A DNA stretch of 33,395 nucleotides, taken from assembly GCA_016234525.1 (NCBI GenBank), contig JACRBK010000734.1, positions 1-33,395 of the forward strand, written 5' to 3'. Below the pieces are notes generated by a model. It made no database searches, had not been told where the DNA came from, and was given only the letters and a program-made list of their open reading frames with translations. Shown here piece after piece: positions 7,966 to 13,881 of this stretch. The first letter of the stretch is position 1; each line of letters opens with the position of its first letter. The stretch is from Chloroflexota bacterium. GTDB taxonomy: Bacteria > Chloroflexota > Anaerolineae > Aggregatilineales > Aggregatilineaceae. Both the position numbers and the translations under genes were made by a program.

Positions 7966-10926
7966 ATGACATACAATGACTCTGCTCACAAGGCAGCGGT
8001 GGCTTTATCACCTGCTGCCCGGCGAGAGGATTTCCTGGCTTCACTCTACGGCCAGGCGGATCCGGCCCTCTGGCTGGAGATACGCTGTATCCATCCCGAA
8101 ACCGAAGCCAGCCGCGTGTTATGGTCGCCGGTGGGTGACCAATCTCGGCTGGCGGCTGTCTTACGCCAGGCGGATGCCCTGAACAAAGCCGGTTTCGGAG
8201 TCTATGTCGCGCCCTGCCTGCGCCGGGAGAAAAAAGGCGATGCCCAGGCGGTTGTCTCAGTGCCTGCACTGTGGATGGACATCGACTGTGACGACGATCC
8301 CGGCCAGCGCGCTGCCGCGCTTGAGAAACTGCACACCTTCGACTTGAAACCCTCAATCCTCCTGGATAGTGGGGGAGGTTGGCACGCTTACTACCTGCTC
8401 GATGTGCCTTTCATGCTTCAAAACGACGAGGACCGGCAGCACCTCGCTCATATTCTGCGTGGGTTGTCGGCGACGCTGGGCGGCGACACAGACTACGTGA
8501 AGTCGGTAGCCTCTCTCATGCGCCTGCCGGATTCGGCCAATACCAAGCCGGAGCGCGGCGGCGTGGTAGCCGCAATAACTGAGTTCCATCCGGAGCGGCG
8601 TTATCCGCTCACCGCGTTTGAATGGCTGGCGGTGCAGCCGCAGCAGAAGCTGCTGCCAGTGCAGTTGGTGTCTGGGAACGGTCATTATGCCCCGCTGCCC
8701 CAGGTAACTCTCGACTACCTGAGTCGGGGAGCCTCCAACGGTAGCCGCAACCGGGCGCTGTTCGATGCGGCCTGCCAGTTTCGGGATGCAGGCTACAGCC
8801 AGGCGGAAGCCGAAGCCCAGCTTGTCTTACGCCACGTCGCGGACGGAGGATCAGGCGAAAATCCGGCAGCGCGGGAGCGGGAAGCACGAGCCACCATCAC
8901 CAGTGTTTACCGGCAGTCTGCCCGCGATCCGATAACGCCACCTGCCCAGAATGCACGTGAGTGGGTGAATAACCTCTTGAGCCGTTTCAGCAGCCAGGAA
9001 CAGCCGGAACGTCCCACACCGGAACGGATCGCGGAAGTAATCTCAGCCTGCGCCCACCTGGAACCGGTCGAATGGGCGGTACAGCGCACCAAACTCAAGG
9101 AGCTGTGCGGGAATGGTGTGAAAACCGGCGACCTGGAGCGCCAGTACCGGCAGGCGCGTAAGACACTGGAACGCGAGCGTTACCAGGCGCAACCGGAAAA
9201 TGAGAGTTATCTTGAGATGGATGGCCGCATGGTCCACCGGCGAGAAACGTACTACGGTCCGGCAGACAAAACCGTCGCGGCGTGGACTGCGCATGTCACC
9301 GAACGTATCTCCCAGGTCAACGATGATGGGCAGGTGGAGCATGTCACGACGCTCGTGTTAACCAAAGACACCCAGACCTTCACGCTGCAAGTACCAAGCG
9401 AAGTCTTTGGTGACGACGCGGCGCTGCGGCGGTTCATCGCTGGCCGGGGTGGGGAGATTTTCACTGTTCGTGCCGGGATGGGCAAACATCTCGCCCCGGC
9501 CATCTTGAGCCTGTCGGGTGACTATCCGACTCGGACGAACTATCGTTTCATGGGCTGGACCCAGATCGATGGGCACTGGACCTATGTTTCGCCGGGTTTC
9601 TGCGTGAATGCGGTCGGGAGAATGGAGGAGCCGCCCGATGTCGAACTGGACGCCCGGCTGCGGGATTATGGCTTGCAAGACACTACCTGGGAAAACGGGG
9701 TAAGAGCGTTTGAGGCGATGATCCCGGTGTTTCCGAAGCAGCTTGCGCCGACGTGTATTGCCTTTGCGCTGCTGCCGCTGCTGCAACGTTTTTTTCCGGC
9801 AGCCGCGCCGCGACCGGCGATCCACCTGGCCGGGACCTATGGCAGTGGCAAGTCTGAATTGGCCGCGCTGATGAGCAGCTTCTACGGGAAGTTTTCGCGT
9901 GATACCCCACCTTCTCAGTGGGGGGATACCATCAACACGGTAGAGGCGATGGGTTACCCGTTGGCCGATGCACTCTACTGGGTCGATGACTACAAGAGCA
10001 TTTATGCCGACGAACGGACTTTCACCCGCTTCCTGCAAAGTTATTCGCGCGGCATGGGGCGGGGGAGACTGACCCGCGAAGCCAAACTGCGCCAGGAACG
10101 CCCCTGTCGTGGACTGCTGCTCAGCACCGGTGAGACGGTGTTGGAAGGCGAGGCCTCGGTGCTGTCTCGCATGTTGGTGCTTGACGTGCCGCCCTGGGAA
10201 CATCGCGATCCTGGTGGTAAGCTGCTTGCTCAGGCAGATCAATTCCGGGAGCATCTCTCCGGTTTCACGGTCGAGTTTGTGGCGTGGATTGCTCGCCAGG
10301 TCGAAGAGCATGACCTGGTGGGTGACATCGCCCGGCGTTTTGCGGCCAGCGCTGAGGGTTATCGTAAGAAGCTGGCGATGTTGGGCGGTTCACAGGCCAA
10401 TACCGGGCGGATTATCCAGAACTGGGCCGTGCTGGTCACTGTCTACCAACTGCTGCGTAAGTTCCTAGAAGAAAAAGAGGCCGACGACGTGCTCCCTGGT
10501 TGGCAGGATGTGATCCTGGAAACCGCCCAGGCGGTGCGGCAGGAACGCGCCAGCGAGGTGTTTCTGAACAACCTGGCGCAGCTGCTCGCCAGCGGCGAGG
10601 TGATGTTCTCCACTGACATGAAACAGCCCGAAGAACCTCGACCGGGCGTGACAGTCGTGGGCTACCGGGATGCCCAGTACCTCTACCTGCTGCCCGAAGT
10701 CGCCTACCGCGAAGTCAACCGCGTGCAGCCGCTGCGTTTCACTGCGGCTGCGATTGGCACGCAGTTACGGGAAGAAGGGTGTTTAGTGCCGTTCAACGGT
10801 GATCGGCATCTGGCGGTCCAGATCCGAGTACGTGGCAACCGGGTGCGCGCCTGGCGTCTCAAAGCCGAAATCTTGTGTGGAGACGGTGGAGAAAGTGGAG
10901 ACACCGCCGCAGAATTGGATGTATAG
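7966..10926 (+). CDS. bifunctional primase-polymerase / P-loop helicase-like replication protein
   Basis: Prim-pol/RepB-type motifs are 'GFGVYVAPCLRR', 'ALWMDIDCDDD' (DxD) and 'LDSGGGWHAYYLL'. A PriCT-like segment 'NRALFDAACQFRDAGYSQAEAEAQL' follows. Walker A 'AGTYGSGKSELAAL' and Walker B-like 'LYWVDDY' are present. The start is uncertain: ATG 7903 (GAGGA 9 nt upstream) is an alternative, and the track start 7804 overlaps the previous gene. Confidence 0.85.
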   Translation: MTYNDSAHKAAVALSPAARREDFLASLYGQADPALWLEIRCIHPETEASRVLWSPVGDQSRLAAVLRQADALNKAGFGVYVAPCLRREKKGDAQAVVSVPALWMDIDCDDDPGQRAAALEKLHTFDLKPSILLDSGGGWHAYYLLDVPFMLQNDEDRQHLAHILRGLSATLGGDTDYVKSVASLMRLPDSANTKPERGGVVAAITEFHPERRYPLTAFEWLAVQPQQKLLPVQLVSGNGHYAPLPQVTLDYLSRGASNGSRNRALFDAACQFRDAGYSQAEAEAQLVLRHVADGGSGENPAAREREARATITSVYRQSARDPITPPAQNAREWVNNLLSRFSSQEQPERPTPERIAEVISACAHLEPVEWAVQRTKLKELCGNGVKTGDLERQYRQARKTLERERYQAQPENESYLEMDGRMVHRRETYYGPADKTVAAWTAHVTERISQVNDDGQVEHVTTLVLTKDTQTFTLQVPSEVFGDDAALRRFIAGRGGEIFTVRAGMGKHLAPAILSLSGDYPTRTNYRFMGWTQIDGHWTYVSPGFCVNAVGRMEEPPDVELDARLRDYGLQDTTWENGVRAFEAMIPVFPKQLAPTCIAFALLPLLQRFFPAAAPRPAIHLAGTYGSGKSELAALMSSFYGKFSRDTPPSQWGDTINTVEAMGYPLADALYWVDDYKSIYADERTFTRFLQSYSRGMGRGRLTREAKLRQERPCRGLLLSTGETVLEGEASVLSRMLVLDVPPWEHRDPGGKLLAQADQFREHLSGFTVEFVAWIARQVEEHDLVGDIARRFAASAEGYRKKLAMLGGSQANTGRIIQNWAVLVTVYQLLRKFLEEKEADDVLPGWQDVILETAQAVRQERASEVFLNNLAQLLASGEVMFSTDMKQPEEPRPGVTVVGYRDAQYLYLLPEVAYREVNRVQPLRFTAAAIGTQLREEGCLVPFNGDRHLAVQIRVRGNRVRAWRLKAEILCGDGGESGDTAAELDV
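10877..10902 (+). repeat. 9-bp-period triplet GTGGAGAC-G-GTGGAGAA-A-GTGGAGAC (cluster 1, inside the primase 3' end)
   Basis: Read directly from the sequence. It encodes the ...CGDGGESGDT... tail of the primase-helicase. Confidence 0.85.
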
Positions 10927-10940
10927 GATGTGATTCTGTT

Positions 10941-10966
10941 GTGGAGACAGTGGAGATAGTGGAGAC
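10941..10966 (+). repeat. 9-bp-period triplet GTGGAGAC-A-GTGGAGAT-A-GTGGAGAC (cluster 2)
   Basis: Read directly. It is preceded by TGATTCTGTT, similar to the AAATCTTGT that precedes cluster 1. Confidence 0.85.
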
Positions 10967-11221
10967 AAACGACAGATTCACTATCTGTTCACCCGAAAAA
11001 TAGATCTGGACTCAGAAATAAAGTCCTGAATTCAGAAATAAAGTCTTGGACTGAAAATGGCAATCAGTGAGCGTAATGCGAAAAACAGCGCATTCGGCTA
11101 AGGGAAAAAGCACTCGCCCAGTCCAGAACTTTATTTCTGGAAAATGCGGTAGCTGAATGGCGTGTATTTCGATGAAAAGGGGCCAGTTCAGAACTATATT
11201 TCTGGTGAACACTATCTGCCT

Positions 11222-11246
11222 GTCTCCACGGCTCCACTGTCTCCAC
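11222..11246 (-). repeat. inverted copy of the triplet (GTCTCCAC-G-GCTCCAC-T-GTCTCCAC; cluster 3)
   Basis: Its reverse complement reads GTGGAGAC-A-GTGGAGC-C-GTGGAGAC. Confidence 0.85.
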
Positions 11247-11323
11247 TTGGAAAAGTCAAAAATGACTGAAAATCAAAAATTTCAGGGGGTATACAAATCC
11301 GACTCGCAGTTCTGAATCAGATT

Positions 11324-11349
11324 GTGGAGTAAGTGGAGACAGTGGTGAC
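11324..11349 (+). repeat. 9-bp-period triplet GTGGAGTA-A-GTGGAGAC-A-GTGGTGAC (cluster 4)
   Basis: Read directly from the sequence. Confidence 0.8.
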
Positions 11350-11828
11350 AAAACACCGATTTTGCCCCGCTGTTCACTGACAATATAGTTCTGGACTAGA
11401 CAATAAAGTTCTGGACCGGAAGATGAGCGAAATACAGGTCTGCTACGTTGAAAAACAAGCTTTTCTCGCTCAGCCGTGCGAAAGTCTGGTGCTGTTCCAG
11501 GCATTGAGTCCAGAACTTTATTGTTTCGATTTTGAGGCCCTCTGTCAGCCCTTGATCGCCCAGTTTAGAACTTTATTGTCTCAAACCGGTTCAAATCTGG
11601 CGCGTTTTTCACGTAATGCACTCAGACCCAGTCTAGAACTTTATTGTTGGTGAACACCCGCATCTCCCCGTTCGTCAGCGTGATGGAGCGTTTACGAAGA
11701 CATGAGCAAGATGTAAGTGTGGCTTACGATTCCACATCGCAAATCATGATGCTGCTTGACTTGTCTGTAGGTCAGACCTGAAGGATACTCTAAGTATTAT
11801 CACCAACTGCTCTGAACCGAGAATTATC

Positions 11829-12488
11829 ATGAGAATTATCGCACTCCCTGATTTACATGAAGCCATAACTCATTTGGAGGGAATCTCCCAACAGTTAGCT
11901 TCTGTGGATCTGGTTCTCCTCGTGGGAGATCTTACCAATTCTGGCAGCGTCGTTAATGTTTCTCGTGTCATCAATGCAGTACGTCAATACAATTCGTCTA
12001 TCCTCGCTGTACCAGGAAACTGGGACAAAGTCGAGGTTGATGGTTATCTTAGTCAGATAGGCATCAATCTACATCATCGTCATATCGTGATGGATGGCAT
12101 CGCTTTCGTAGGGGTAGGTGCCGCGCTTTATTCTCCCAACCGCTCACCTAATGAAGTCAGCGAAAATGACCTCAAGGCATTTTTAGAAGAGGCGATATCC
12201 GGTTTGGATAATTCGCTCCCTAAAATACTTGTCTGTCATCAGCCTCCCATTCAATCTCTAGTCGACAAAACGTGGTCTGGTCTGCACATCGGTAGCGAAA
12301 CGATCCGTACCTTTATACATGAGACACAACCGCTCCTTTGTTTTTCGGGTCACGTACATGAAGGAGTGGGGATTGATAGTATTGGCAGGACACAAGTAAT
12401 CAATCCTGGCCCCATATGGGAAGATAGGTATGCTTATGCGGAAATAGTGGATCAGCAGATAGTGGCCTTAGAAATCCGTAGCTGTTAG
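11829..12488 (+). CDS. calcineurin-like metallophosphoesterase
   Basis: The motif series is complete: 'ALPDLHE' (DxH), 'LVGDLTN' (GD), 'PGNWD' (GNH/WD), 'VCHQPP' and 'SGHVHEG' (GHxH). The gene is visibly AT-richer than both flanks. Confidence 0.85.
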   Translation: MRIIALPDLHEAITHLEGISQQLASVDLVLLVGDLTNSGSVVNVSRVINAVRQYNSSILAVPGNWDKVEVDGYLSQIGINLHHRHIVMDGIAFVGVGAALYSPNRSPNEVSENDLKAFLEEAISGLDNSLPKILVCHQPPIQSLVDKTWSGLHIGSETIRTFIHETQPLLCFSGHVHEGVGIDSIGRTQVINPGPIWEDRYAYAEIVDQQIVALEIRSC

Positions 12489-12833
12489 ACGAAACTATCC
12501 CCATTTTATCCCCGCAACGCTGCCGCCGACGCGGCGATTGAACAACGCGGGCGGCCTTCCCCTCAAGTCACGGCAGCGGCACGCTGGCACTACTCTGCGA
12601 GCAGTACCACCGAGCCACTTGCCTCACCTGCTGCGCTCGGGAGGAGATTCACCGGATGAATGGAGAGAAAATCTGATCCAATACCTGTTGTGAGACATGC
12701 CGCAGGTGGCCTTGACGGGTCCCTTCCTCTGCGTTGTGCCGTGAGGGTACCGGCGCGTTGCCGGTATTCAACGGATGAGCCGCCCAGTGATGCAACACCA
12801 AGCGGCTCTTAGACAACTGACACGGAGGTCAGC

Positions 12834-13763
12834 ATGTCTCACAACGATTCTACCAGCAACACCACCTTCGAGCAGTATTTCGAGGACCGTTTCGCGCCGG
12901 TCGAGGCCACCCTGTCAATCTGGGGTGTGCGGGCGTTTCCCCGCAAGGGCGACCTGGCACGCGATGAAGCGCTCCAACAGGCGCGGATCGTGATGTGGAC
13001 CCAGTACAGCGGCGATCCCGAAACCTGGGCATCCAAACCACCGCAGGTCTGGGTTGCCTTCTCCAAGCAGGTCTATGAGCATTTCATCCTGCATGAGAAG
13101 GTGGTTGAGCGCCACACGGATTATGCCGAGGACCTGGTCCGCGACGACAGCGACCAGACCGGCGATGAGGCTCTCTCCGGCAAACTCCGCGCTCAGCAGC
13201 AGCGCTCCCAATATCCCCGCGAAACCCTGCTGGCCGACGACCGGATCGACCTGGAACGGGGCATCCGGCGCGGCTTTGAGAAACTGCCCGAACGCTACCA
13301 CGCTGATATGCGCCTGGTGATGGCTGACATCATGGAAGGCTACAGCCAGATCGAAATCCGCCAGCGGCACGGCTGGTCCGACAACCACACGCGAGTGCTG
13401 TTTCGCCATCTGCGCACCACCTTCTACGAGGCGCTGACCGGCCACAAGCGCCCACCGTGCGGGTACGTGGGCAGCAAAGCCCCGGCCACCGATGATGAAC
13501 TGTGCCAACTGTGTGAACTGCGCGCCCAGGGCTTGAGCTTCGTCAAGATCGGCGCACGCCTGGGCTACTCTCAGGGGTGGGTGATGCAGAATCTCCGGCA
13601 GATGCAGCATCACCGTCCGACGCTCACCGAGCGTGAGCAAGCGCGGAACGAGCGCATTGCCGAGGTGCAGGCACTGCTCGACCAGGGCATGAAACTTCGG
13701 AACATCGCCGTGGAATTGGGCACAAGCTACAACACCGTCCGGCGGCTGCTGGGCAAGTGTTGA
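12834..13763 (+). CDS. sigma-70/ECF-like regulator with two additional C-terminal HTH modules
   Basis: A region-2-like segment is 'DLARDEALQQARIVMW'. A region-4-like segment is 'LPERYHADMRLVMADIMEGYSQIEIRQRHGWSDNHTRVLFRHLRTTF'. Further HTHs are 'LRAQGLSFVKIGARLGYSQGWVMQNL' and 'GMKLRNIAVELGTSYNTVRRLL'. GGAGG SD lies before the ATG. Confidence 0.6.
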   Translation: MSHNDSTSNTTFEQYFEDRFAPVEATLSIWGVRAFPRKGDLARDEALQQARIVMWTQYSGDPETWASKPPQVWVAFSKQVYEHFILHEKVVERHTDYAEDLVRDDSDQTGDEALSGKLRAQQQRSQYPRETLLADDRIDLERGIRRGFEKLPERYHADMRLVMADIMEGYSQIEIRQRHGWSDNHTRVLFRHLRTTFYEALTGHKRPPCGYVGSKAPATDDELCQLCELRAQGLSFVKIGARLGYSQGWVMQNLRQMQHHRPTLTEREQARNERIAEVQALLDQGMKLRNIAVELGTSYNTVRRLLGKC

Positions 13764-13769
13764 TCACTG

Positions 13770-13790
13770 GGGCCGCGAGGCCCTTTTTTT
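13770..13790 (+). terminator. intrinsic terminator
   Basis: GGGCC-GCGA-GGCCC gives a 5-bp GC stem with a GNRA loop, followed by seven T residues (13784-13790). It lies 7 nt after the stop of the regulator gene. Confidence 0.65.
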
Positions 13791-13881
13791 GTTGACATCC
13801 AGAATAAGGCGGCGCGTACTGTTTCTCCCAGTGTTTCTCCGGTGCTATACTACGGGCTTATGAACCTCTATTTTTGTTGAC

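Larger units (their letters stand above)
11001..11648. repeat. about nine copies of an ~18-bp iteron, consensus GTCCAGAACTTTATT(T/G)(C/T)T, in both orientations
   Basis: Minus-orientation copies lie at 11014-11030, 11034-11051, 11383-11396 and 11398-11416, with a partial copy at 11001-11011. Plus-orientation copies lie at 11121-11138, 11186-11203, 11508-11525, 11563-11580 and 11631-11648. Copies before 11210 end ...TTATTTCT. Copies after 11380 end ...TTATTGTY. Confidence 0.85.
10877..11656. other. candidate replication origin and/or partition (centromere) region of the element
   Basis: Two repeat families plus the TGTTCAC/GTGAACA motif (10986-10992, 11205-11211, 11371-11377, 11650-11656) form two large inverted modules. 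An AT-rich tract lies at about 11247-11300. The region sits immediately 3' of the primase-helicase gene and has no credible ORF. Confidence 0.5.

Noticed and set aside
11012-11653. ORFs in the repeat field (11012..11212 -, 11064..11246 -, 11256..11504 -, 11423..11653 +).
   Set aside because: They have no ribosome-binding sites. Their 'repeated peptides' (for example ELYC twice in 11423..11653) are simply translated iterons. The region is better explained as cis-acting DNA.
10877-11656. Possible CRISPR array, given the many short repeats.
   Set aside because: The repeats are 8-18 bp, occur in both orientations, have irregular spacing and belong to two families. No cas genes are present.
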